DNA of 64,000 nucleotides from Octopus vulgaris (taxonomy: Eukaryota), in the NCBI GenBank assembly GCA_951406725.2, contig OX597814.1, positions 222,208,001 to 222,272,000 of the forward strand, in the 5' to 3' direction. Shown piece by piece: positions 26,201 to 41,258 of the stretch. A model generated the notes under the pieces. It searched no databases. It was not told the origin of the DNA and saw only the letters and a program-made list of their open reading frames with translations. The first letter of the stretch is position 1; each line of letters begins with the position of its first letter. A program made the translations under genes and the position numbers.

Positions 26201-28427
26201 ATGATTATATTTATATGTGCCTTTATGACCAGTGGAAATCGTTCCAAGTGTGGATAATTTAAAATATGATATCTTGGAACATATTCAGAATATTGTTATT
26301 GCCAAAAATAGTTATAATCTATTAACTAGGTATCTTTAATAAGATTTTGATTTGAAAGTATTTACTACAAAATTTATGCAAAATATTATCGTTTGTAGGA
26401 CGGCTTCAAGAGAATAACGTCAAAGGGTGTTTAATGCATTTTGCTACAAAGAGCGAAATGATGCATGAGGGAAGTAAGGAATTATTTAATCAAATATAAC
26501 ATACAGAAGTTCTCATAGAAAATAATAAGAAAATGTGTGAAAATGAATGCATCGGAATATATGCTGAATGTAAATAATTAAGTAATATTAATGTAGATTA
26601 AAGTAACACATAGAAGTGATATAAAAACAGTACAATTTTGAATTAGATATGAAAATACTATTTCTTTGTTATTGTTTCCTATCGTTAATATTTATTCATG
26701 CAAACTTCATGTTATCTATTGTACTTAGATATCTGTTGAAACAGTGACATAATATTAAAAAATATAGACTTTCATAACTTAAACTCTTTCGTGTCATATC
26801 AATCAATAAAACATATTTTCGTAAACTGTGTTATTACTTCGGTTAATTTGGTCAAAATAGTACAAAGAAACATATGGTGTCAAATTAGAAGAACGTGTGT
26901 AAAAGACAATGTATTGTAATATAAAGTACAATATAAATGATTATAAGATAACGCTAAAATTGGCAAAAATATAGCTGATATAAATGGAGGAAATAATTTA
27001 TAAAGAATTGTAAAACGTTTCAATGAATACACGTAAAATTTGTATTGTCTAGAATTATTATTGTGCATGAGAAACATGAAATCAATTGCATTAGAAGTGG
27101 TGAAAAAAAAAACAGTTTGTAATTAAATTTACTCTAGTAATCCGAATTTAATGAACTTAAATAAATTAATGCCTTAATAGAAATTTGTTGACTGTAAATT
27201 CAATATTAAAGTAAACAAATAATAAATCGGGGCAATAATTAAATTTTATCCAATCCCCTAGAAAGATAACTTCATTTTTTGAATTATCTATTTATAGTTT
27301 AACATATTTTTTAACCTGAAATTCTACATGGGTTTATGTTTGAAAAGATCTTTATCATAATAATATTTAGTGTTATGTTAAGCACGCTCATCTTGGTAAA
27401 GATAAATATCTCGCTCGATACTCTTGTGAGATTCTGTGTTCAGTTTTCTATGTTGGGTCTAACAAAATTATCTTAAGTTCATTTGTGGTTGTGTGGAGGA
27501 AGTAGAATTATAAATAAATAGCCACAAACGAGTTTATAAACTCTGGAGGGTAATATTCAAAAGGAATGTATTGCAAAAACATGACTTGTTGCAATTAGAG
27601 TGAAAAGTGCTAGCCAAACATTTTTAGTGAACAATTTTAGTAAAATTTTTAGTGAATTGGCTGAAAATACAATGAAAATACACATCGAGTTGACTCAATG
27701 AAATAAAATGAAATTTGTAACGATTTTAAACCGGAATGAGAAACAACACATGATAAAATTGATTGTAAGGCAACGAAGGTAAAAGCATTGAACCGCAATA
27801 TTAGACATAAATACCTGTGAGTGACCCAAAAGCCTAAGTTGTGGTTTCTACATGGCTGAATCTTGAACACGTGATGAAGATACCTCGTTTATGCCTGATG
27901 CATAAGAAACTGCAAATCGTCCACCTTATACCTACCACAACAACAGCTGATTTACTGGTTGATATACACGACACATAAAAACCAGTCAAAATATCACATA
28001 TTAACAATAACTGTGCCATTTTATTTTTTTGAGGCGGGGGAATATTTTAACATAAGCGGAGCCAAGGTATCCGTTTCAACCTTTTACCATGATAAAAAGT
28101 AATTATATTTTTTTCCGAAAATTAATTTTCGTAATCAGTATTTCGTGCAAACTTTGGTTATTTTTCACGGTTTAATTCAACAAGTATTGTGAGATCAATT
28201 CGAAGAAATTTCCCACGTGAAAAAGTATTCGTTTTCCCTTGAGAGTTACCATTAATTCAATGCGACTCTTGTGTTTTGTTTTGCCTTCGTGAATGAAATA
28301 CTGAAGGGATTAGAACACTTTCGATAATAGATTATTTCATTATATTTCTTACTTGATTGAACGAATAAATGTATAAATTATGTAACGAGATATCACGTCT
28401 ACCAAATTTTTATTTGTCTGTCACTCT

Positions 28428-28458
28428 ACCTACCTACCTACCTACCTACCTACCTATG

Positions 28459-28549
<91 letters not shown>

Positions 28550-28661
28550 TTGTCTGTATGTCTCTATTTTACTCTTTCTCTTCTTGTCGCGTTCTGTGGG
28601 CGCATATATATATATGTGTGCGTGCGTGTGTGTGTGTGTTTATATGTATGTATATATGTAT

Positions 28662-28705
<44 letters not shown>

Positions 28706-28762
28706 GTATGCTTATGTGTTTCTTAGTGAGTGTGTTAGTGTGTATTTGTGTATATGTGGGTA

Positions 28763-28811
<49 letters not shown>

Positions 28812-28930
28812 GTATATATATATATACACACGCGTGCACATATATATATATGCATACATATGTGTGTGTGTGTATGTATGTATTGTATGTATATACATAT
28901 ATACTCACACATACACATATACGTATATGC
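28428..28930. repeat. Compound microsatellite (CCTA)n-(TCTA)n-(TA/TG)n
   Basis: Direct reading. Confidence 0.93.
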
Positions 28931-29555
28931 GTTCGAAAAAATGTAATGAAACATATCTCAGTCGTTTAAAAAGAACACATTCATACATGCATACATAAAG
29001 ACAGGCGCTTAGACGTATATGTATGCGTGTGTGCTTGTGTGTGAGTGTAATACATCTCTAGAGTAGAGCATGTGAGACTGTGCCTCTCTCCCTCTCTCTC
29101 TCTCTCTCTCTCATCCTGTATGTGTGACTGTGTGGATGGTGGTGGCCATAAGTAATATAACCTCTTTTACTGGTTCACCTTATTAGAGACTAATCGTTAT
29201 GGTTATCCATCTCATACTTACATCTTCTTCCTCACCAATTCATCATGCCTTGGAACTATTGACCTAATTTATCATTCTCCATAAAATCCATCAAGAATTC
29301 AAGAATCTTGCAGACGTAGATGAAAATTACAGAATTTAGGTTTTTGTGTGTTGCCGTTGTTAACGTTTTTAGTTTTCCTCTTTCCTCCATTTCTATTCAC
29401 TGTCTTAACGTCCAATTCGTGTACGAATTCTGAAAGATTTTATAAACCAGTATTCTGTGCACACACGCAAATATGTGTGTGTATGTGTGCGTGTATGTGT
29501 GTATGTGTGTGTATGTGAGTCTGTGTATAAATGTGTGTGTGTGCGAGCGGGTGTG

Positions 29556-29597
<42 letters not shown>

Positions 29598-30763
29598 TGT
29601 GTGTGTATGTGTTTGTTTGTTTGCTTGTGTGTGTGTATGTGTATTTAATCGTGAGTATGTAGGTATACTTTCAAAAAAAACATGCTATATACGCACACAC
29701 ACACACACACACATACTCATATGCACACATATAAAGAGTTCATGAGTGCTGAAGTGAACATACAGACTATTTCAATGCAGGCGGCATTGTTATACATTAA
29801 GCACCATACGGCTATGTGTGTGTTTATGTGAATCTTTAGAGAATACACGCATGCGCCTTTATGTCTACAGTTTTTACTACAAAACCATTAAATGTGACAT
29901 TACTAAAACGCTTTGATACACTCTGTAAAAGCTAAATTAGATCGGGATAGAAGGAAAGCTACATTAAATGTTACCCTTGCATTACGGTTTAAGTGAGTAT
30001 GCTCACACACATACTCACACATTCAATCACATATATTTTTTCGTTCGCTTGTTTGTTTGTTTGTGTGTTTGTATGTGTGCCTGTGTGTGTGTACGTATGT
30101 TTGTGGAGGCATATACATATATTTTTTGTATGCGTGCGTAGATAACACACGCACACAAAAATCTCGAACAGCAAGATTATCTTTCACATATACATTCGCT
30201 ATGACGCAGGCATTTTTTTTTTTCGATACAAGCATCATAATGATAACGAGGAAAAGCAGGGGATGAGGAGAAGGTAGAGTAGGAGGTGGATGAGGAGAGG
30301 AACAGGAGTAGGAGGAAAAAGATGAGCAGGAGGGGTACGAATGAGAGGAAGAAGAGGATCAGGAGGAGTTGGATCAGCAGGAGGACGAAGTCGATGAAGA
30401 TATTACAGAGGACTTCACTGACGATAGCGATGTGGTGGCAATAATGGTTTTGTATTGTTTCTGGTGATATAATAATTTTTATGTTCTCTCTGCTTACCAC
30501 TAGCAATTGAATATGTTCTATTAATATTCCCTTGCAAAATATTCTCGCCACCTGAAGGCAAAATCGGGATACGGGGCATATAAAATACGAACAATAAATC
30601 AGTAAAGTGCGAATTCTGTGAAGACAAGTTGAAAACAAAACGGCTTCAATAAAGATTATTTGACTAAAAAAGGATAATTTATAGAGAAAATTAAATCAAT
30701 TAGTTCTAATTTCCTTCTCAATTGTTTTTAGTACATATTTATATATACACACACACACTCATA

Positions 30764-30844
<81 letters not shown>

Positions 30845-31398
30845 ATGTGTGTGTGTATGCACATATGTATATATGTGTGTGTGTATGTGTGCATAAACTT
30901 ATATATGATCGCTACTCTGCGCGAAATAAGAAGCGTACGCCTATAAAATATCACACAAATGTAACTCACACACCTAACTAAATTACACTCTCGTAATATT
31001 CTCTTCGCAACTTTTTACGATGTGATATATTTTTATTAAATCTCTGACACTTTACCATCTGCTTCTTTTTTGAATTTTTTAATAAACACGGTATTTTCTA
31101 AATATGACCTTTCTTCATACACATTGCGCGTCGCACACATACACACGCATGCGTACTAGACTAAACATTCGAGACCACATCCTAAAAAGCCACCTTTCAG
31201 ATTTGCGTAAATTCGTTAAGAAACCAATTTCAATTTCGAACCGATAGATGCGCTGTTTACATCCTTTTACCCTTATCTTCTGATACATCAAGATCTTCAG
31301 CACCTCAAAGCTAAAGTTATGCCTTCTAAAATCGAGCACGCAGGCGTGCACGACTCAATACCTCGTCATCCGATATTCCCTGTGCTAAATTTCTTTAA

Positions 31399-31785
31399 TC
31401 TCTCTCTATATAAAGCTGAAGTTGTCTGTGTATGGCAGGTTTGGTAGCACCCAACTAACACTATCTCTTCCGACACCCTGCTGCACAAGGTAACCAAAAT
31501 TGAGAATTTGATAGAAGAAGGCTTGTTTTTCCTTCCGTAGAAGAAACAATCGGACCATGTTAACACCAAAACTTATTTACATCGAAATGGTGCTTTTTTT
31601 CTTTGAAAATCCCTATTTTTTACGATCTTTTGATTGCTGTGTCACCATTTTTCGGTGTATTTCAACCAGAAAAATGTTCACTTAAAGCGAATAACAAGCT
31701 ACATAATGCACAATTTTTACTTTTCAAAAATTCCAATTCTAAAGGTGTCGAAACAAACCCGAGCAACACCAGGCAATACTGCTAG
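31399..31785 (+). mobile_element. Non-autonomous Helitron
   Basis: A^TCTCTCTCTATATAAAG 5' end; 3' end AAACCCGAGCAACACCAGGCAATACTGCTAG^T, near-identical to the 3' end at 41149. Confidence 0.7.
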
Positions 31786-31967
31786 TTTGTGATATTTCAG
31801 TCCCAAAACGTCGGCTTTCTCGAATATCCTCACTGTAGACGATTTTTCTGAAGCCGTCATATTTATATGGGATCACCATTTATTGCGTTAATCTCTGCTT
31901 GAAAATTTGTGAACGCCAATGCTACAGTCAACAAGAACTATTTCGATTACATATAAGGATATCCATT

Positions 31968-32155
31968 TGATGACGATATCGACGACTATGCTAATAACGA
32001 CGATAATGATGACGATGATATTGATTGTTGTTGTTGATGATGATGATTGTAATCATGATCTTGATCTTAATGGTGACGGTGACGGTGTAGTTCTTGGGTC
32101 TAAAGAGTATAATGACAGATAAGAAAGGCGATTTCGATTATGATGATGGTGATAT

Positions 32156-32203
<48 letters not shown>

Positions 32204-32235
32204 CGATGTCGATGACGATGATGATGATGTTGACA
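31968..32235. repeat. (GAT)n microsatellite and degenerate flanks
   Basis: Direct reading. Confidence 0.9.
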
Positions 32236-32748
32236 ATGCTATTTGAATTCAAACGCCTTCAAAGTGTAATCCCCCCTCCTTTGCCTCGCTTTGCTACGCG
32301 TTGTTGTTGTTGGCACTTTTATTTATTGACCTGCCATTACCCATGTTGTTACATCGTGACCTTTTGTTCCTATTCGCCTAAATCAATTTATAACGACATA
32401 TCGTGGAATGCTATAAGACTCTTGAAATTGTCGTTGAGACCAGCTGCAGTGACTATTTGTTTACAGACGGAGAGATAAATAACAATTAAAGTTTACAAGA
32501 ATTTGTTTGATTTCCTTCTGTCTGGGTAAGTTCAGCTTGTTTAAAAGAGATGGTTTACACTTTGTTTCCAGTTTTCTTTTAATCTTTTCAGCGTTTTTTT
32601 TTTCTTTTATAGTTCCTTTAACGTTCTATTAAAAACTTCTAGTCAATGTGTAAATGTTATAACAGCTTAAAGAAAACGTGATATGTGATAAGATTGAACA
32701 GGGTAGAGTAAAAACATACTGCTTTGCTGTCGCTGCTCAGATACTAGT

Positions 32749-32854
<106 letters not shown>

Positions 32855-32941
32855 AGCATAATATCTCAATAAGATATTAAAGTACAACACTATTTTATTG
32901 AATGATATATATATATCTATATGTCTGTCTATCTATCTATC

Positions 32942-32983
<42 letters not shown>

Positions 32984-33043
32984 CACACACATATATATAT
33001 ATGTGAATATACGTATATACTTACGTGTGTATTTATGTGTATT

Positions 33044-33099
<56 letters not shown>

Positions 33100-34646
33100 G
33101 TATGTGTGTGAGACTGTCTGTGTATATGTATATATACGAATATATATACCTATGAACTCGCACAAACGTACACACGACCACACATTCATAAGTGGTATTT
33201 AGTATTCCTATGAATACATGTCGATAGTTAGTAAGAAGAGAAAAATATATCTATGAAACTGACTACACCAGGGAATATATATTAACACGCGCCAGTATGT
33301 TAGAGTGCAATGTTATAACTTCTCAGCACTCACAACTCTTTAACACTCCACAAAGGAACTTAACGTTGTAATAAATTTACAAATACACAGACTCGCGAAT
33401 TCACAGGCGCACAGATACACACATGCAAACACACATATGTATTTTAAGATGTTCTTGTAATTAGAAGACCTGAGCAGGAGATCAAGTCTATTAACGTTTG
33501 TTTTTTTTCTTACCGATCAGTTTTGAAGACAAAACCCAACGGGATCGATGATAGATATCTTTACTTCACGACGATACCATGTAATAAGAGAAGGAAAGCG
33601 AATGATCATCTGCAAGAATATACCAAAACTGTCTTTACCAACTTGAAATACTCCGTGTGTTGATGGATTACAAGGTTATTGGCTGAACTACTGAGTGATA
33701 GATTAGCACGAGTTATGTTTACTAGAAACCATACAAGGCTATCGATTCATTGTTTAAGATAAAATGTGACGCAGAAAATAGTTTCGGATGAATATTCTTA
33801 CTTTTTATACGTATAGAAATTATTCACAGCATTTCCTTTTCAGAAAGAAACAGAGAAGCTATTGTAATGAAGAAGAGAAAATATGGCGCAGAAAATAATA
33901 GGATAATTTTGGATCAATTGGAAATAGATAAAAAAAAATAATAATAAAACACAGAAGGTTTTGGGAAAGAGCATGCAGATATTTCTTTGATGATACTGAT
34001 CAACTATAATAATACGCGAATATAATATATTTAAAGACAATATAATCTACAAAATAGTTGTTGTAGGAATGATTATCAGAAGATAGTATTATTAAAAGAA
34101 AAGAAAAGTATTACAATATAGTTTTCTAAGGTGGAGCTTTCGTTCAGGAGTTGTTTCCATGATTATTATTTGACTGCTGGTCAATGAGACCCATGCTGCA
34201 TTAAACAAACCTGCTTTTTATTCACGGATTATTTTAATGTTGAATTTTGAAGTACGAAAATAAAGAGGGTATTTCAGTCGCTGTTATCTTGCGTAATTTC
34301 CGTTCTTGTCGAATGACTCATAATTGATGTCATTCCAGGCATGAATATGTTAGTTCGTTCTCGAGCAATGCCTGTCAAGTTTACCCAGGGACGTAGGGCA
34401 TGACCCCAGGAAGAATTAGAGACCATTTAGAGACAGCTGTGTTTGCTCGAATGGCTCTAGTAGAAATTGTAATTGTTGTTTATCTTTTAATTGTTACATT
34501 CATTGGACTGAGGCTATACTTGAGTACCGCTTTGAAATATTCTTTTTTAAAAAAAGCTTGGTAGTTACGTAATCGGTCTGGTTTGCAGAACCCCAAACCC
34601 TACGGTGTCATGTATAAACCAACAGCGGTTGCTGAGAAGTGCTCGG

Positions 34647-34705
<59 letters not shown>

Positions 34706-34985
34706 CATTGTAATATTTCGTATAGGCCTAGTGAGATTAATGACCACGTGTAGAACTCAATATATGTGTGTTTCAGAACACAATGTTAGATGAGTGTAGA
34801 GTGATAATAAGAGAAAACGACATGACAGAAAAAAAGATGACATCGGGAAAAAAAAAACAGAGCTTATGTAGCTAATATAGCTAATATAGCAAAGCTTACA
34901 TAGATAATGAAGTTCGTTACATAACCTTTGCTTTTTCGGGAGTAATTTCTTTTTTCTTTTATATACATATACATATACACACACA

Positions 34986-35087
<102 letters not shown>

Positions 35088-35158
35088 AATTCAGGGTGAG
35101 TACTTGATAATTGTAAGCACCTGTATATACCGTTTGGTGGTGTAGGTGGTGGAGTAAG

Positions 35159-35640
35159 TTAATCAAATTAAAAACATGATGCCAAGGATTCAGCGGTACA
35201 TATGTTTCGGGCCTTTATTAGACGGATTTATAACAATGCATAATGTGTGTCTATGGCCTTCTTCAGCCGCGCACAACTACTACCTCAAGGACATGTATTA
35301 CAGCAAAAATTCTACGTTGGGGATGCAAATCCTCTCATTCACGTACGACATAATGCGGCAGCAGCATAAAAATGAAGCGTCCATCTCGTCCTTCTCTCAA
35401 TGAAGAATCTCATTCGAGATGGACGCTTCATTTTTATGCTGTTGCCGCATTATGTCTTACGCGAATGAGAGGATTTGCATCCCCAACGTAGAATTTTTGC
35501 TGTAATACATGTCCTTGAGGTAGTAGTTGTGCGCGGCTGAAGAAGGCCATAGACACACATTATGCATTGTTATAAATCCGTCTAATAAAGGCCCGAAACA
35601 TATGTACCGCTGAATCCTTGGTATCATGTTTTTATTTTGA

Positions 35641-35644
<4 letters not shown>
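35159..35644. repeat. Long near-perfect inverted repeat: 230-bp arms, 26-nt loop
   Basis: 35159-35388 is the reverse complement of 35415-35644 with about 5 substitutions and no indels. Confidence 0.97.
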
Positions 35645-35980
<336 letters not shown>

Positions 35981-36616
35981 CTATTGGATTTTACATAGTT
36001 AGCATCCCCCAATTTCGGTGTCGGTCGTCTTGGAGCTAGAGACAAAAATTACTTGCCCAAGGTACAACGCCGTAGGATATAACCATGAAATCACGTGGGA
36101 GAAAATATATACGAAGAAAGTCGATAGTTAATGAATATAGCACCATGATATAGAAACAAGCTCCAAGACATTGAAGGAAATAACTGAATGAAGAATCCCT
36201 TATGTGCAGAACAAAATGACATATAAAATTTGATATAAGGTCTAACAAAGTATATTTTAATGAAATATCAATAATGATATGTAAGTATAATCACAAAAAA
36301 TATAATTTAAAAGAAAATAAAGTCCTCTTTCATGATAAAGTGTACATTACACTTGTAAAGTGCCAAAAGGTAATTACAAAAAAGTTTTATCTGGAAATAA
36401 AGAAAAAAGGCAAGAATTAGTAGCAAAAATAATGAACCCAATTTGAGAAGATTAACCACCAATAGAGATATAATTGATAGTGGCAGCCAAATTCTTTCAG
36501 AAAAGTGTATACCGAATGAAAGGTTAAATTGAGGAAAAGAAAGTAATTAATATCGAATCGTTGTTAGAAGATGCAAGGAAGAAAAACTAAGGTAAGGTAT
36601 TCACCACGCATGATAT

Positions 36617-36650
<34 letters not shown>

Positions 36651-36718
36651 TGTTCGCCAAGCTGTTCTTTAAAGAAGGAGGTATAAAAATCGACAATTGT
36701 ACTCCGAATAAACTGTTC

Positions 36719-36749
<31 letters not shown>

Positions 36750-37039
36750 TGCACATACACACGCAACGTGCGCACGAACACACATGCACACACGGGCACA
36801 CACGCACTCGCACATATACACACATATACGCAAGCATGCACACATCTTGGCCGGATTGTTTAAGCATCCCACAAAATTTTTTTTTGTTATTTATCCCTGC
36901 CCTTTACGTTGTAGGTTCAAATCCACCCACCGTCAAGTTTTGCATTTCATCTTTTCAGGTTCGATTGAATAAGACACCAGAGAAGAAGTTTAAATAATGT
37001 AGTAGAACAAACTCTTGCCAATATTGCACTGTTTTGAGT

Positions 37040-37230
37040 GGGCGAGATGGTAGGATCGTTTGTATTTCGTTCGTCTTTATATACTGAGTTCAAAATTCGC
37101 CGAGGTTGACTTTTCATGTCATCCTTTCGGGATTGATAAAATAACTACCAGTTGAGCATTTGAGTCAATGTAATCGACAAGCCCCATCCTAACAAAATTT
37201 CAAGCCTTGTGTCTTTAGTAGAAAGAATAT
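37040..37230 (+). mobile_element. SINE family B, diverged
   Basis: gggcgagatgg..ctgagttcaaaattcgccgaggttgac..catcctttcggg..gataaa..taccagttgagca..ttagtagaaag. Confidence 0.75.
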
Positions 37231-37619
37231 TTCATTGTACTAAAAATACTTATTCAAAATATAAAATACCCCACTCTCAGTTCTTCAAAATTTACATCTT
37301 ACCACCTTCTACGCCATCCGTCTCTTGTTTGGCAAATGAAGACGACAGATAGTGTAGTTCTTTAAAATTAACTCGGACGATAGCCAGTGTGTCCTACATG
37401 TAAATACAGCAGCTTGCCAAAATTATACAAGATTGCAATCCGTAGAAATCGAATGATTATTATAATAGCAACACCGACAATAATGACGATGATGATAATG
37501 ATTATAAAATGAATAATAATAATAATTATATAACATAAGCACACAAAAGCACTGCGATATGACTACATCACACAAAGATACAAACACATACACACATACA
37601 ATATATATATATTTTTTTT

Positions 37620-37628
37620 TTTTCTAAG

Positions 37629-37662
<34 letters not shown>

Positions 37663-37671
37663 CTTAGAAAA
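37620..37671. repeat. Perfect palindrome centred on (TA)n
   Basis: TTTTCTAAGCT-(TA)n-AGCTTAGAAAA. Confidence 0.92.
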
Positions 37672-39734
37672 GTCTTAGAAAGTCTGTAAAATTGAGACAG
37701 TATGCAATAGAGATATGATCAATGCCTGAACATTATGAAGATAGTTCTTTGGTAGCGTCTTTCTATAATGTAGATTGAGACATTTTGTCGCACAAATACT
37801 AAGATTGACATTGTTTGAATATATCGAGAGAAAAATTATATATTTTTGTATTGAGAAGACCATTAAAATTACTACTAAGGGCACACTACTACTACTACTA
37901 CCACCACCGCTGTTGCTGCTACTGCTACTACTACTGCTGCTGCTGCGGCTGCTATATGAAACGTTCTTGTAAGAATAATGCTGCATCTAAATTTAAGGAC
38001 CACCCTAAAGATTTCGACTGACTACTTGTGTTATGACTGTTCCTTCCGGAAAGTATGTGGATTATCATGTCCAACCACATTTTTCACAAACAACTTTTCA
38101 GCTTTTATAACCAACTCTTAGCAAACCTCCATTTAAAAAAAAATGTTAAACGTAGAAGCACACAGACAGACACATCAGTAACAGACACAAAAGTATTAAC
38201 TAGACAGCATTCAGTCTTGAATATTTTGTTCTTTTGTATGTCAACATAGCAAATAATTCATATAATAGTATAAAATCGTGAATCGGTGTCAGAAGGATAT
38301 ATGACGCACCATTAACCACTTGAATTTATTCTATTCAGAAATACTTTTCTTTACTTGCCATAATTGTTTCCAGCTAGCTTTTTAATGCATTAAATATGTT
38401 AATACTAATCTAACAATTGTTATTTACGTAACGTCTTTGAGGCATATGTTCACTAAACAATTTCTACGCCAATGTAGAAGTTTCAGTTCATATTTTGGTG
38501 AGTTTACTGAAGTTTTTCATTAAATATAAAACCATTTCAGGTGTTGGCTGCCTTACTTGCAGATAATTTATCTAAAATTGACCGTATCTGTATTATAATT
38601 GCTCTTATTATTAAAATAAGAAAATAGATAATCGTTGAATGCTGACTGTTACAAACTGGTGAATAAATAGGTTCCCAAATTCGTTTGAGTGTTCGAAGTA
38701 AACTCCAGAATTGTTTCATACAATACTTTTGCCTCATACAGGCATATGAAACAATCTAATGTTTGACCCACGTAGTACTTCACAATGCTCAACTATTGTT
38801 AAAACCTGAGCTTGTTAAACTGCTCCAGCTGGGTCTCATAACCAAGCAGAGCTACGCTGAAGTGGGTTACAGCTGAGTTAACCCCTTCTTCTTCAAATAG
38901 TATATAAAATCTGTTCGTCTTCAATTTAAGACTGCAAAGTTCCATCGGTTGTTAGAGTAAGAAATCCTACGTTGCCTCAAAGCTAGAGTTGATTTTTGAT
39001 CGGCAAGAGAAGGCCTACCATTTTGCGTTCAATAACTGCTAAAGTACATGTGTGTATTCAATAATAAATTTTATTCGAGCTTTTCAAACCTAGATATACA
39101 CTGATAAATATTTCCTTTATCGTATATTTATTTATTGTGTATTTACCACCCACAACCATTATATCTATGAATTACAGAAGTCGTTCTGTTTCACATCTGC
39201 TCAAAACGATTACGAAGCAACTCCTTATTTGGCAGAAATAAGACAAATTTTAACATCTTCCGTCTCGATATTAACTTAACGCTTTTGATTGAATATGGAC
39301 AGAAGAGTCTGTAAGCTACGAGCGGTTTCGATCAATTAATTTGCGATTCACGATGTGATGAGCATCTTCATAAAGTCGATAGAGAGTTTATCAAAGGAAA
39401 TTTGGCAGAAATATTGAGCAGGTTGAGTAACTACACAGCACATAGATGATTAAACTCCCTATCACTGGCATTTTTATTGTTGGCGATAGTATGATGGTGG
39501 TGTGGCGTGATAGCAATAATGGGGTGCTGACGGTGATGAGTAATGGTAGTACCCATGCGTTTGGTGATGGTACTGTGGTTGCTGCGGGTAGGTTTTATTG
39601 TTATAATTAGTGACAGAGAAAATAAGTTTGGTAAGATATACCATTATTGAATATTAGTAGTTGTAAGGTTTTCTATTTTTAATTGCATAGTAGACCTTAA
39701 CAGAAAATTGTATTGTAGGAAAAGAAGCTTTCTT

Positions 39735-40045
39735 CCCGACTACATGGTTCTGGGTTCAGTCCCACTGCGTGGCATCTTGGGTAAGTGTCTTCTACTATAG
39801 CATCGCACCCACCAAAGCCTTATGAGTGGATTTGGTAGATGGAAACTGAAAGAAGCCCGTCGTATATACATATATATATATATATACATACATACATACA
39901 TACATATATACATACATACACACACACATATTTATGTGTGTGTGTGTCTGTGTTTGTCCTCCACCATCACTTGACAACTGACGTAGGTATGTTTGTGGCC
40001 CTGTAATTTAGCGGTTAGGCAAATGTTAGCAATAGAATAAGTACA
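39735..40045 (+). mobile_element. SINE family A, 5' and central part; a related 3' piece lies at ~40310-40460
   Basis: acatggttctgggttcagtcccactgcgtggcatcttgggtaagtgtcttctactatag..gaaactgaaagaagcccgtcgtat. Confidence 0.8.
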
Positions 40046-40085
40046 GTTCGAAGCAACTGTTTTCGCATATGTCGTTCAGAAAATG

Positions 40086-40121
<36 letters not shown>

Positions 40122-40143
40122 TATATAATATATATAAATATAT

Positions 40144-40220
<77 letters not shown>

Positions 40221-40523
40221 TATGTGCATGTGTGTTTGCGTGAGGGTAGAAGAGAGAGAAAGTCTTGTCTTTATATCTTCCTGCTTGAAAATTGGCGTTG
40301 GTATCTTCATCTTTCCGTAACGTATCGGTTCAGCAAAAGGGGTCGATAGAATAAGAAGTTAGATAAAATAAAAATTACTGGGGTCGATTCCTTCGACTAA
40401 AATCCTCCAAGGCGTTGTCCCAGCATGGCCGCATTTATTAGGCTGAAAAGAGTAAAAGACATGCATGCATACACACACACGCACACACGTATGAGGTAGT
40501 TTTTGTGAAGCATTACACAACTA

Positions 40524-40580
<57 letters not shown>

Positions 40581-40621
40581 AACAAATATATATATAAATA
40601 TATAAAAATATATATATATAA

Positions 40622-40652
<31 letters not shown>

Positions 40653-40653
<1 letters not shown>

Positions 40654-41149
40654 CTTTATATATAAAAATAAGGTTGTGTGTCTGTCTACTCCGATTTAGA
40701 TTCCTAACTACTCCCACATTTTGCGGTGCAGTTTAGCCAAAACCGGGTATCTTATAGTCGTGATTCATATCAAGCCCTTCTGGGTATTAACGCACGTCTA
40801 CGATGAGTCTACGATTTTAAAAATAATTTACCATCATTTTTTCCATTTTAATGCATATTTTTTTTAATATAAGGGAAGTAACTCTCTAAAAATGTCTACG
40901 ATGAGTCAACGATTTAAAAAAAATGACTATCATATTTTTTCCATTTTTAATGTATTTTTTCGCTATTATATAAGGGAAATAATTCTCTAAAAATGTCTAC
41001 GATGAGTCAACGATTTAAAAAACAATTTACCATCATTTGTTTTCCATTTTTAATGCATTTTTTTTACTATTTCTTTGCTATAACTCTCCAAAAGTGCTTA
41101 TATAGTTATTTCCCTTACAAACCCGAGCAACGCCGGGCGATACTGCTAG
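40653..41149 (+). mobile_element. Non-autonomous Helitron with ~100-bp internal tandem repeats
   Basis: A^TCTTTATATATAAAA 5' end, subterminal hairpin CCCG-AGCAACGC-CGGG and CTAG^T 3' end; GTCTACGATGAGTC recurs at 40796, 40894, 40995. Confidence 0.85.
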
Positions 41150-41160
41150 TATATGTAGAA

Positions 41161-41198
<38 letters not shown>

Positions 41199-41220
41199 CT
41201 TGCACAACAAATATTTAAAC

Positions 41221-41258
<38 letters not shown>

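Noticed and set aside
30245-30440. Acidic (E/D-rich) looking purine tract
   Set aside because: Degenerate GAG/GAT low-complexity sequence with stops
35176-35403. 75-aa ORF mirrored on the opposite strand
   Set aside because: Mirror is a consequence of the inverted repeat; no recognisable domain
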